From: Gammaproteobacteria bacterium
Lineage (GTDB): Bacteria; Pseudomonadota; Gammaproteobacteria; Steroidobacterales; JABDKV01
NCBI GenBank assembly: GCA_029862165.1
Contig: JAOTXU010000007.1
Coordinates: 69,695-133,694 of the forward strand
Direction of reading: 5' to 3'
DNA length: 64,000 bases
Below are positions 52,510-61,648 of the stretch, one piece after another. Below the pieces are notes generated by a model. The model had not been told where the DNA came from. It saw only the letters and a list, made by a program, of their open reading frames with translations, and made no database searches. A program made the translations under genes and the position numbers. The stretch's first letter is position 1, and each line of letters begins with the position of its first letter.

Positions 52510-53924
52510 CCGATCGCATGCGACGCATTACGACGATTCACTTTGTCGGTATCGGCGGTGTCGGCATGGGCGGTATTGCCGAGGTGTTAATCAATCTTGG
52601 TTATTCGGTGCAGGGCTCCGATCTTCGCGCTGGCGTGGTTACTGGTCATTTACAGGATCTGGGTGCCCGGATATTTATCGGCCATGATGCCGCACACATC
52701 AGCGGCGCTGACGTTGTCGTCACCTCAAGCGCGGTTTCGCCAGATAACCTGGAAGTGCAAGCCGCGCATGATTCGCGTATTCCGGTAGTGCCGCGCGCAG
52801 AGATGCTGGCTGAACTCATGCGGTTCCGTTATGGCATTGCCGTGGCCGGAACACACGGTAAGACGACAACTACCAGCCTGGTCGCCTCTGTCCTGGCAGA
52901 GGGCGGCGAGGATCCGACCTTTGTTATCGGCGGTCGTCTGGAAAGCGCCGGTAGCAACGCCCGACTGGGAAGTGGCCGCTATCTGGTCGCCGAAGCCGAT
53001 GAAAGCGATGCGTCGTTTCTACACTTGCAGCCGATGATGGCCATTGTCACTAACGTCGATGCTGATCATCTCGATACTTACCGTGGGGACATGCAACGCC
53101 TGCGCCAGTCTTTCGTTGATTTTCTCCACAACTTGCCTTTCTACGGTCTGACGGTGGCCTGCGCGGACGATCCCGGTGTGCGCGATTTGCTTAGCTCAGT
53201 TTCGCGATCTGTAGTGACTTACGGATTTAGTGAAGATGCTGACGTTCGCGCCACCGGGATCCGACGCAATCGTCTGACAACGCAGTTTGAAGTGCATAGC
53301 TTGGGTTACCAGCCACTGGAGGTCACTCTGAATCTTCCCGGTCGGCACAACGCTCTCAATGCATTGGCAGCGGTCGCGGTGGCGCGGGAGCTTGGAATAG
53401 ATGATGGCGCCGTACAACGGGCACTGGCCGGTTTTGCCGGTATCGGACGCCGCTTTCAAATGCTGGGTGAGTTACGCACTGCCGCCGGCAAAGTGTTGTT
53501 GGTTGACGACTATGCGCATCATCCAACCGAGATTGCTGCAACTATCGACGCTGCGCGACAGGGCTGGCCGGAACGACGGCTGGTCGTCGCGTTTCAGCCC
53601 CATCGCTACTCTCGTACGCGCGATCTGCTGGATGATTTTGCACAGGTATTGTGTGTTTGTGACGCGTTGTTAATTACGGAAGTCTACAGCGCGGGCGAAG
53701 AAGCAATCACCGGTGCCGATGGACGTGCCATGGCGCGTGCGGTGCGAACGCGAGGACGGGTCGAGCCTGTTTTTGTTGAGGATGTACAGCGTCTGCCACA
53801 CGTATTAGGCCGTGTTCTGCGTGACGGCGATCTGTTGTTGATGCTGGGTGCGGGCAGCATAGGTGCAGTTGCCGCCATGTTGCCAGACAAACTGGGCATC
53901 AAAGCCGCGGGGTCGGAAAGATGA
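52506..53924 (+). CDS. murC: UDP-N-acetylmuramate--L-alanine ligase
   Basis: [18 protein letters not shown] and [13 protein letters not shown] 52506 overlaps the murG stop as GTGA. ATG 52518 is an alternative start. Confidence 0.93.
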   Translation: MTDRMRRITTIHFVGIGGVGMGGIAEVLINLGYSVQGSDLRAGVVTGHLQDLGARIFIGHDAAHISGADVVVTSSAVSPDNLEVQAAHDSRIPVVPRAEMLAELMRFRYGIAVAGTHGKTTTTSLVASVLAEGGEDPTFVIGGRLESAGSNARLGSGRYLVAEADESDASFLHLQPMMAIVTNVDADHLDTYRGDMQRLRQSFVDFLHNLPFYGLTVACADDPGVRDLLSSVSRSVVTYGFSEDADVRATGIRRNRLTTQFEVHSLGYQPLEVTLNLPGRHNALNALAAVAVARELGIDDGAVQRALAGFAGIGRRFQMLGELRTAAGKVLLVDDYAHHPTEIAATIDAARQGWPERRLVVAFQPHRYSRTRDLLDDFAQVLCVCDALLITEVYSAGEEAITGADGRAMARAVRTRGRVEPVFVEDVQRLPHVLGRVLRDGDLLLMLGAGSIGAVAAMLPDKLGIKAAGSER

Positions 53925-54817
53925 ATTTTCCCGGCTCTTACGCTCTGTTGCGTGGCGAGCTGCGTCGTGACGAGCCGATGGCTTTGCATACGTCGTGGCG
54001 CGTTGGCGGGCCGGCCGAGTTCTGGTACCGGCCGGCGGATCTCAAAGATTTGCAGATTTTTCTCGCCGGTCTGGCGCCTGACACACCGGTGCATTGGGTA
54101 GGTCTGGGTAGCAATCTGCTGGTGCGCGATGGCGGTTTGTCCGGTGCGGTAATTAGCCCGCAGGGCGTCATCGACAATATTTCGCGACTCGGTGACAACA
54201 TCGTGTATGCAGAGTCTGGTGTGGCCTGCGCCAAGCTTGCAAGAACGTGCTCGCGTTGGGGATTGGGGCCATCGGAATTTTTTGCGGGCATTCCCGGCAC
54301 GGTAGGTGGTGCATTGGCTATGAATGCCGGTGCCTTCGGCGGTGAGACCTGGGAACGGGTCAACGCTGTGGACGTAATAGATCGCAACGGCAAACTGCGT
54401 CGCCGTCACCGCGATGAGTATGAGGTGGCTTACCGCAGTGTGATTGGCCCGGCCGATGAATGGTTTATCGGCGCAGAGTTCCACTTCGATCAGGGTGTAC
54501 CGGTCGGTCGGGAAGCGATCCAGGAATTGCTGGCCCGACGCAAGGCTACACAGCCAATCGGTGTGCCGAGTTGCGGGTCGGTTTTTCGCAATCCACCAGA
54601 CGATCATGCTGCCAGACTAATCGAAGCGGCCGGGCTCAAGGGCCATCGGCTTGGTGGCGCGCATGTATCGGAGAAACACGCCAACTTCATTATCAATGCT
54701 GGCGAGGCAACGGCAGCCGATATCGAGGCATTGATCGATCACGTAAGGGAGACCGTGTTGCGTAAGCACGGCGTGGACCTGACCCAGGAAGTTCGTGTTT
54801 TGGGGGTGCCAGCATGA
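53921..54817 (+). CDS. murB: UDP-N-acetylenolpyruvoylglucosamine reductase
   Basis: 298 aa with [25 protein letters not shown] and SCGSVFRNP. Confidence 0.93.
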   Translation: MNFPGSYALLRGELRRDEPMALHTSWRVGGPAEFWYRPADLKDLQIFLAGLAPDTPVHWVGLGSNLLVRDGGLSGAVISPQGVIDNISRLGDNIVYAESGVACAKLARTCSRWGLGPSEFFAGIPGTVGGALAMNAGAFGGETWERVNAVDVIDRNGKLRRRHRDEYEVAYRSVIGPADEWFIGAEFHFDQGVPVGREAIQELLARRKATQPIGVPSCGSVFRNPPDDHAARLIEAAGLKGHRLGGAHVSEKHANFIINAGEATAADIEALIDHVRETVLRKHGVDLTQEVRVLGVPA

Positions 54818-55755
54818 ACCGTGTTCGCGATCCGGCCAAATTCGGCAAGGTGGCGGTCTTGTTTGGCGGCGAGTCGTCCGAACGCGAAATATCCTTATTA
54901 ACCGGCACCGCTGTGCTTGGCGCTTTGCAGGAAAAAGGTGTCAGCGCGATTGGCATTGATACACGGGAGATGCCGGTGGCGGCCTTGGCAGATGCTGGCT
55001 TCGATCGGGTTTGGATTGCCCTGCACGGTCATGGCTACGAAGACGGCGGCGTGCAGGGCGCATTGCAGGCTGTTGACCTGCCCTATACAGGCAGCGGCGT
55101 GTTGGGTTCGGCGCTGGCCATGGACAAGCCACGCAGCAAGATGCTTTTCGAATCCGTGGGCCTCAATACTCCGGCCTGGACGATTGCACACACGGAAACG
55201 GCCCTGAATGACGCACTGGATTTGATCGGTCTGCCCTGCGTGGTCAAGCCGGCAGCGGATGGGTCGAGTGTCGGTGTTTCCAGGGTGGATGAAGAATCGG
55301 CACTTGTTTCAGCCTGGCGTACCGCCGCCGACGTGGGGAGCGACGTGTTAGTCGAGCGTCTGATTGATGGTCGTGAATATACCGCAGGAATCCTGAATGA
55401 TGTTGTATTGCCACTGATTCGTATTGAGACGCCGCGGACGTTTTACGATTACAAAGCCAAGTATTTCACCGATACGACGCGCTACCACTGTCCTTGTGGA
55501 TTGTCGCCCGAGAGTGAGAGTCAGTGTGCCAGTCAGAGCAAGCTCGCTTTCGACGTGATTGGTGCCAGCGGCTGGGGTCGTGTGGATTTCATGCTCGATT
55601 CGGACGACACCCCATATTTTCTTGAGGTCAACTCGATACCCGGTATGACTTCACACAGCCTGGTGCCCATGGCAGCGGCGCAGGCTGGTATCGATTTTGA
55701 AAACCTGGTTTGGCAGATCCTCGAAACCAGTTTCGCGCCCGGTGAGCTGTCATGA
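54814..55755 (+). CDS. ddl: D-alanine--D-alanine ligase
   Basis: 313 aa with VAVLFGGESSEREISL, HGHGYEDGGVQG and EVNSIPGMT. Confidence 0.93.
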   Translation: MNRVRDPAKFGKVAVLFGGESSEREISLLTGTAVLGALQEKGVSAIGIDTREMPVAALADAGFDRVWIALHGHGYEDGGVQGALQAVDLPYTGSGVLGSALAMDKPRSKMLFESVGLNTPAWTIAHTETALNDALDLIGLPCVVKPAADGSSVGVSRVDEESALVSAWRTAADVGSDVLVERLIDGREYTAGILNDVVLPLIRIETPRTFYDYKAKYFTDTTRYHCPCGLSPESESQCASQSKLAFDVIGASGWGRVDFMLDSDDTPYFLEVNSIPGMTSHSLVPMAAAQAGIDFENLVWQILETSFAPGELS

Positions 55756-56543
55756 GTGTTATTAGTCGTCGGCGGACCAACAGACGTAAACGTAAACCTC
55801 ATGACTGGAGTCCGGTGATCAGGCGCGCGACGCGTGGAGCTCGACATCTTGTAGTTGCAAGCGTTTTGGTTGCTGTCGCCGTTGCGTTGTTGTTTCTGCT
55901 CGACCGGCCGTTGAGCCGCGTAACGATTGACGGCCCATTTCAGCGAGTAACCGCGGTGCAGCTTGAAGCAATTGTGCGCTCGCACTTGCCAGCCGGTGTA
56001 TTGAGCGCAGACATCAGTGACATACGCAAGTCACTGAGTGCGGTTGCATGGGTTGATCGTGCCGGCGTCAAACGCCGGTGGCCTGATGCATTACACGTAG
56101 TCATCGCAGAGCAGCAACCGGCCGCCCGTTGGGGTGATAGCGGTTTGCTCAACACTCGCGGCGAACTGTTTTTAACAGACGCACGTCATTTACCGGCTGA
56201 ACTGCCACAACTTGACGGACCAGGCGGTTCCGAATGGTTGGTCGCACAACGGTATTTATGGATGCGCGAACGATTGCTCGCGGTGGGTCTGGATCTTGCT
56301 GCAGTGAAACTTGATGCGAGGGGTGCGTGGCGGGCGCTACTCACAAACGGGATAGAGGTACGCCTTGGGCGCGAAGAAGCGGACAAGCGAATCGAGCTTT
56401 TTGTGGAAATTGTTGCACCGATCATTGCGGCACGCAGCGGAGAGGTCACTTACGTCGATATGCGATACAGCAATGGTTTTGCAATTGGATGGCACGACGC
56501 CGCGTCAACGATCCGCACAGCGAAGGTGACGCCCGATGCCTAA
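55752..56543 (+). CDS. ftsQ: cell division protein FtsQ
   Basis: 263 aa with a basic N-terminus, a single TM, then POTRA/FtsQ-type domains. Position is between ddl and ftsA. Confidence 0.88.
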   Translation: MSVISRRRTNRRKRKPHDWSPVIRRATRGARHLVVASVLVAVAVALLFLLDRPLSRVTIDGPFQRVTAVQLEAIVRSHLPAGVLSADISDIRKSLSAVAWVDRAGVKRRWPDALHVVIAEQQPAARWGDSGLLNTRGELFLTDARHLPAELPQLDGPGGSEWLVAQRYLWMRERLLAVGLDLAAVKLDARGAWRALLTNGIEVRLGREEADKRIELFVEIVAPIIAARSGEVTYVDMRYSNGFAIGWHDAASTIRTAKVTPDA

Positions 56544-57771
56544 GCGCAGTGACAGAAAACTGGTAGTCGGATTGGACATCGGCACGTCGAAAGTTGTGTC
56601 CATCGTCGGCGAAGTCAATGTTGATGACGAGCTCGAAGTCATTGGCATCGGCATGCACCCGTCACGCGGCCTGAAAAAAGGCGTCGTCGTGAATATCGAA
56701 TCGACCGTTCAGTCTATCCAGCGTGCGATTGAAGAAGCCGAGTTGATGGCCGGGTGCGAAATTCATTCTGCCTACACCGGGATTGCCGGCAGCCATGTAC
56801 GCAGTCTGAACTCGCACGGGATTGTCGCGATTCGGGACAAGGAGGTCAGCGGTGGCGATGTGGACCGGGTCATCGACGCGGCAAGAGCGGTGGCGATCCC
56901 GGCCGACCAAAAGGTGCTGCACATTCTGCCCCAGGAATTCATCATCGATCACCAGGAAGGCATCCGCGAGCCGGTTGGGATGTCTGGTGTGCGTCTCGAA
57001 GCCAAGGTGCACATGGTGACCGGTGCCGATAGCGCGGCACAAAATATTGTCAAGTGTGTGCGGCGTTGCGGACTGGACGTCGATGACATTGTGTTGGAGC
57101 AGTTGGCATCGAGTTATGCCGTACTGACTGAAGATGAAAAAGAGTTGGGCATCTGTCTGGTCGATATCGGCGGGGGTACGACTGATCTGGCAGTGTTCTC
57201 GGAAGGCGCGATCCGCCACACCGCCGTCATTCCGATAGCCGGCGATCAGGTGACCAATGACATCGCCGTATCGATGCGTACGCCCACGCATCATGCTGAA
57301 GATATCAAGGTTCGTTATGCCTGCGCGCTGGGACAACTCGCCAACCCGGACGAAACTATTGAAGTCCCCAGTGTTGGAGATCGTCCGCCCCGGCGGCTGG
57401 CTCGTCAGACTCTGGCAGAAGTCGTCGAGCCGCGTTACGAAGAGCTGTTCTGTTTGATCCAGGAAGAACTCCGACGCAGCGGTTTCGAGGAAATTATCGC
57501 GGCCGGTTATGTGTTAACCGGCGGTACCGCAAAAATGGAAGGTGCGGTAGAGCTTGCCGAAGAAGTATTCCACATGCCAGTGCGACTGGGCGTTCCGCAA
57601 TACGTCACTGGTCTGGTTGATGTAGTGAAAAATCCGATCCATGCAACAGGTGTAGGACTGCTGCTGTATGGACGGGAAAACTTTTCGAGACGCGAATCCG
57701 CAGCGCCACTTGGCAGCGGTTTGCGCGATGTATGGGTCCGTATGAAGGCCTGGTTCCAGGGGAATTTTTGA
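56536..57771 (+). CDS. ftsA: cell division protein FtsA
   Basis: 411-aa actin-fold protein with LVVGLDIGTSKV and DIGGGTTDLAVF, and a C-terminal amphipathic WVRMKAWFQGNF. Confidence 0.95.
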   Translation: MPKRSDRKLVVGLDIGTSKVVSIVGEVNVDDELEVIGIGMHPSRGLKKGVVVNIESTVQSIQRAIEEAELMAGCEIHSAYTGIAGSHVRSLNSHGIVAIRDKEVSGGDVDRVIDAARAVAIPADQKVLHILPQEFIIDHQEGIREPVGMSGVRLEAKVHMVTGADSAAQNIVKCVRRCGLDVDDIVLEQLASSYAVLTEDEKELGICLVDIGGGTTDLAVFSEGAIRHTAVIPIAGDQVTNDIAVSMRTPTHHAEDIKVRYACALGQLANPDETIEVPSVGDRPPRRLARQTLAEVVEPRYEELFCLIQEELRRSGFEEIIAAGYVLTGGTAKMEGAVELAEEVFHMPVRLGVPQYVTGLVDVVKNPIHATGVGLLLYGRENFSRRESAAPLGSGLRDVWVRMKAWFQGNF

Positions 57772-57826
57772 TGCGACGGTCGAAGAAACCGAGCACAGTT
57801 TGTTATGCCTGAGAGGAGAGATAGTG

Positions 57827-58966
57827 ATGTTTGAGTTAATGGATGCACATAGTCAGAACGCGGTCATCAAGGTGATTGGCGTTGGCGGCGGCGGCGGTAA
57901 CGCCGTGGCCCACATGGTTCGTACCGGCATAGACGGTGTCGATTTTATCTGCGCCAATACCGATGCGCAGGCTTTAAAGAGCACTAATGTACCGACTGCA
58001 TTGCAGATTGGCTGCAACATAACCAAAGGATTGGGCGCTGGTTCGGACCCGGAAGTCGGCCGTCAGGCCGGTATGGAAGATCGTGACCGGATACAGGAAG
58101 TGATCGAGAGCAGTGACATGCTGTTTATCACCGCGGGTATGGGTGGTGGTACCGGTACGGGCGCTGCACCGATTGTTGCGCAGGTTGCAAAAGAACTTGG
58201 CATCCTGACGGTCGCGATCGTGACTAAGCCGTTTATCATGGAAGGTAGCAAGCGCATGAACGTTGCGGACGACGGTATTGGCGAGCTGGCGCGCTTTTGT
58301 GACTCGCTGATAACGATTCCGAACCAGAAACTGTTAAGTGTGATGGGTCACAGCACGACATTGCTGGACGCATTTGCTGCGGCCAACGAAGTACTGCAAG
58401 GTGCAGTGCAGGGTATTGCGGAATTGATCACGCGACCGGGTTTGATCAATGTTGACTTTGCCGACGTACGCACCGTGATGGCTGAAATGGGTATGGCGAT
58501 GATGGGTTCGGGAGCAGGTAGCGGTGAGGATCGTGCTCGCGAGGCTGCCGAAGCGGCAGTTTCAAGCCCATTGCTGGAAGACATCGATCTGGCCGGTGCG
58601 AACGGTGTCCTTGTCAATGTCACTGCAGGCAAGGATCTGTCCATTGGCGAGTTCGAAGAAGTCGGTACAACCGTGAAAGAATTTGCCTCAGAAGATGCCA
58701 CGGTTGTGATCGGTACGGTCATCGACCCGGACATGGAAGACACACTGCGGGTTACCGTGGTGGCTACCGGGCTGGGCGGATCGGCGATTCAGCAGCAACC
58801 CATTCCGGTTCGCACTGTCCAAAGAAATGCGGGTGGCGAGCCAAACTACAACGTGCTGGAGCGGCCCACAGTCCAGCGTCAGCACGCTGTAGGCGGGCCC
58901 ATGCCCTCCGGTCGGGCCGAGGAATTGCTGGATATCCCAGCATTTCTGCGGCGTCAGGCCGACTAA
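57827..58966 (+). CDS. ftsZ: cell division protein FtsZ
   Basis: VIGVGGGGGNAV and the tubulin signature GMGGGTGTGAAP, with a C-terminal LDIPAFLRRQAD. I trimmed the start to ATG 57827, which has a GAGAGGAGAG SD. Confidence 0.97.
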   Translation: MFELMDAHSQNAVIKVIGVGGGGGNAVAHMVRTGIDGVDFICANTDAQALKSTNVPTALQIGCNITKGLGAGSDPEVGRQAGMEDRDRIQEVIESSDMLFITAGMGGGTGTGAAPIVAQVAKELGILTVAIVTKPFIMEGSKRMNVADDGIGELARFCDSLITIPNQKLLSVMGHSTTLLDAFAAANEVLQGAVQGIAELITRPGLINVDFADVRTVMAEMGMAMMGSGAGSGEDRAREAAEAAVSSPLLEDIDLAGANGVLVNVTAGKDLSIGEFEEVGTTVKEFASEDATVVIGTVIDPDMEDTLRVTVVATGLGGSAIQQQPIPVRTVQRNAGGEPNYNVLERPTVQRQHAVGGPMPSGRAEELLDIPAFLRRQAD

Positions 58967-59068
58967 AGGAGTGTAAGGTTTCTTGAATCAGATACTTGCG
59001 CACATTTTTCGGTTTGTGTTAGCGTACGGCGCCCGTTTCAGGGCCCCCGCTGGCGCCAGGTTGCATTA

Positions 59069-59980
59069 ATGATCAGACAGTCAACGCTGAGAAACTCGAT
59101 CCGCGCCACAGGCGTGGGTCTGCATACCGGCAAAAAGGTCTATATGACCCTGAGACCGGCGGCACCGGATACAGGTATTGTGTTCCGCCGGACCGATCTC
59201 GACCCGCCTGTAGACATACCTGCCAGAGCCGATATGGTGGGTGAGACTTTTCTCGGTACGACACTGACGCATGGCGATGCCAAAGTGACCACCGTCGAAC
59301 ATCTCCTCTCGGCGATGGCGGGACTTGGTATTGACAACGCATATGTGGACCTGAGTGCGGGGGAAGTACCGATTATGGATGGCAGTGCCGGGCCATTCGT
59401 ATTTTTGCTTCAGTCAGCCGGTGTCGAACAGCAGGGCGCGCCCAAGCGCTTTTTTCGCATCAAGAAGTCGGTTCGAGTCGAAGACGGCGATCGGTGGGCG
59501 GAGTTTCATCCGCACAACGGTTACCGCCTGGATTTCGAGATAGAGTTCGACCATCCGGTTTTCAAGCGCCATATGCAACGTGGTTCGATTGATTTTTCGA
59601 CTACGGCGTTCCTGCGGGAGATTTCTCGGGCCCGCACCTTTGGTTTTATGAGTGATGCCGAGAAGTTGCGGCAGAAAAACCTTACCTTGGGTGGCACGAT
59701 GGACAACGCGGTCGTCCTCGACGACTACCGTGTTTTGAACGAGGACGGGCTGCGTTACGAGGATGAGTTCGTCAAACACAAGATTCTTGACGCCATCGGC
59801 GACGTCTACTTGCTGGGCCGCAGCCTTATCGGCAACTTCCGTGGATTCAAGTCCGGACACGGGCTAAACAATCAGTTGTTGCGAGCTACCCTGGCGGATG
59901 CCGAGGCCTGGGAGGAAGTGACTTTTGATGACGAAGCCGCGGCTCCCGTGGGGTACCTGGTTCCTGCGGCAGCGCAGTAG
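59069..59980 (+). CDS. lpxC: UDP-3-O-acyl-N-acetylglucosamine deacetylase
   Basis: 303 aa starting [24 protein letters not shown], with HKILDAIGD and [10 protein letters not shown]. Confidence 0.95.
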   Translation: MIRQSTLRNSIRATGVGLHTGKKVYMTLRPAAPDTGIVFRRTDLDPPVDIPARADMVGETFLGTTLTHGDAKVTTVEHLLSAMAGLGIDNAYVDLSAGEVPIMDGSAGPFVFLLQSAGVEQQGAPKRFFRIKKSVRVEDGDRWAEFHPHNGYRLDFEIEFDHPVFKRHMQRGSIDFSTTAFLREISRARTFGFMSDAEKLRQKNLTLGGTMDNAVVLDDYRVLNEDGLRYEDEFVKHKILDAIGDVYLLGRSLIGNFRGFKSGHGLNNQLLRATLADAEAWEEVTFDDEAAAPVGYLVPAAAQ

Positions 59981-60033
59981 GAAAGTGCTCTAAGTACTTG
60001 AGGTTACATAATCTGGCGACACCAGACTGGCCG

Positions 60034-60345
60034 CTAGCAGGCGCCCGCCGCCACAGTCACCCTAATTTTCTGCAAACTGCGTCCTTGTGCCGCACTCAGG
60101 GATATGAGAATGTCCGCGGCGTGGTAGCGCATTTTTGCCGCCCAGACGGATGAGTCAGCGACCAAACAAAGGGTTACGTCGCTTTCATTCGCCGCCAACA
60201 AGTGTGGCTTCAGGTCGTCTGGCAGCAGACGCCTCACCGTATTGGTGATGGCGTCTATTTCGGCACAGCGTGTTATCAACCGCCCGACAGTGGTGTCGGA
60301 GTCGCCGAGCAGCTCTTTCAGGGGAACGGGTTTGCTGGTGGACAA
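60034..60345 (-). CDS. DUF721 / DciA-like protein
   Basis: 103 aa. The pattern ...LLPDDLKPHLLAANESDVTLCLVADSSVWAAKMRYHAADIL... fits the DUF721 profile (P..L..H..........L.L.V.S..WA..L). The position between lpxC and secA matches pseudomonad-type genomes. The assignment is by pattern only. Confidence 0.6.
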   Translation of the reverse strand: MSTSKPVPLKELLGDSDTTVGRLITRCAEIDAITNTVRRLLPDDLKPHLLAANESDVTLCLVADSSVWAAKMRYHAADILISLSAAQGRSLQKIRVTVAAGAC

Positions 60346-60382
60346 GGGAGTCTCGTTTGATTGTGGTCGAATGTTAGCCTAA

Positions 60383-61309
60383 ATGAACGTAATTATTTTT
60401 ACAAAAAGCCGTGGCTCGTCGCGTCAGATTGATCTGAAACGACCGCGTACCTTTTTATCATTTCTGGGGATTGTAGGCGCCATAGCGGGTGCTGTTTTTC
60501 TCACGGGATATTTTTACGCCGGGCATACAATTCATATCGACCCGGATGTCCACGTCGTCGAACTTGAACAGGTGATATCGAACCGGGAAGCTGAGCTGGC
60601 TGAAGTTCGCAAGACTGGGCGGGAAAATCTTGATGCATTGTCTGCACGTATCGGTCAGTTGCAAGCGAATGTCATTCGCCTCAATGCTCTCGGGGCACGC
60701 TTGTCGCAGATGGCCAATCTAAACGACGGCGAATTCGACTTTACCAGCCAGCCTGGTCTGGGTGGTCCGCAACTGCAAAGTGGCAGGACTTCATTAGGTG
60801 TCGGTGATCTCAATAAAGAGCTTGGCGGCATGGAAACACTGTTGGGTGATCGGCAACAGCAACTGAACGTGCTCGAAGACATGTTATTGACGCGAAACCT
60901 GCACGAACAGGTTCATCCTGAAGGTTGGCCGCTGGCATCCGGATGGGTGTCGTCTTATTTTGGGTTGCGTACGGATCCGTTCACAGGGAAACGCGCCCGG
61001 CATGAAGGTCTCGACTTTGCCGGTCGGGAAGGTACACCCATCATGGCAGTCGGGGCGGGTGTTGTGACCTGGTCCTCGACGCGCTTTGGCTATGGCAACC
61101 TGGTTGAGATCAATCACGGTGGTGGCTATTCGACGCGATACGCACATAACAAAGAGAACGTTGTTGTCGTGGGTGACCGGGTCGAAAAGGGCCAGCTCGT
61201 TGGCCGGATGGGTTCCACCGGACGCGCAACCGGTGCCAACCTGCACTTCGAAGTGTTGCACAACGGTCGCCCGGTCGATCCGCTTGATTTCATCGGCGAA
61301 CGAAACTAA
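60383..61309 (+). CDS. M23-family metallopeptidase with N-terminal TM and coiled coil
   Basis: 308 aa with HEGLDFAG, GYGNLVEINHGGGYSTRYAHN and GRATGANLHFEV (the HxxxD / HxH LytM signature). Confidence 0.9.
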   Translation: MNVIIFTKSRGSSRQIDLKRPRTFLSFLGIVGAIAGAVFLTGYFYAGHTIHIDPDVHVVELEQVISNREAELAEVRKTGRENLDALSARIGQLQANVIRLNALGARLSQMANLNDGEFDFTSQPGLGGPQLQSGRTSLGVGDLNKELGGMETLLGDRQQQLNVLEDMLLTRNLHEQVHPEGWPLASGWVSSYFGLRTDPFTGKRARHEGLDFAGREGTPIMAVGAGVVTWSSTRFGYGNLVEINHGGGYSTRYAHNKENVVVVGDRVEKGQLVGRMGSTGRATGANLHFEVLHNGRPVDPLDFIGERN

Positions 61310-61546
61310 CACTCACCACAAACATTAACCGACCCTTCCCGGACTCGGGGCGTAGAACGATTCTGTTTTTGCCCGCTTAAGCTCAGTCGGCCGCCCTGCG
61401 CGTGAGTATCGGGGCAGGCTTGGCATTGCCTTTCTGCCTTGCGGCTGGCCACGCCGCCGTAAAAACAATCGTCACACGCCATTTGGATAGTGGGGTGTGA
61501 GGTGTGGATTTGACGGTGGACTGACGCAGCTCATCCCGATAAGGTT

Positions 61547-61567
61547 GCCCCCGGAATACTCGGGGGC
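61547..61567 (+). promoter_or_regulatory. stem-loop in the secA leader
   Basis: GCCCCCG-gaatact-CGGGGGC is a 7-bp G/C stem, 82 nt upstream of the proposed secA start. It is followed by TTG, not a U-run. Function unknown. Confidence 0.3.
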
Positions 61568-61648
61568 TTGATACGGAGGCGGCGGGCCCCATCTACTAGA
61601 GATTCGGTCGTGTGCGCCGGTTCTCAAAAAATACAGGAAATCAGTATC

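Noticed and set aside
53684-54607. 307-aa ORF antisense to the murC/murB junction, the longest unexplained ORF in the track.
   Set aside because: It lies fully opposite two well-supported Mur genes. Its product is Arg/Ala/Pro/Ser-rich with no motif. This is typical of a stop-poor antisense frame in GC-rich coding DNA.
56662-57336. 224-aa ORF antisense to ftsA. Similar long antisense or alternate-frame ORFs occur at 39952-40584 (rsmI), 63446-63994 (secA), 5464-6021 (trx-like/tkt), 33870-34565 (petB alternate frame) and 20164-20727.
   Set aside because: All are nested in or opposite strongly supported genes. They show biased Arg/His/Cys-rich composition, no SD and no recognisable domains.
61402-61500. 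32-codon GTG ORF (VSIGAGLALPFCLAAGHAAVKTIVTRHLDSGV) in the secA leader, considered as a possible SecM-like arrest peptide.
   Set aside because: It has no SD, a non-ATG start, no recognisable signal peptide plus arrest motif, and ends about 150 nt before secA. It is kept only as something to check in Ribo-seq data.
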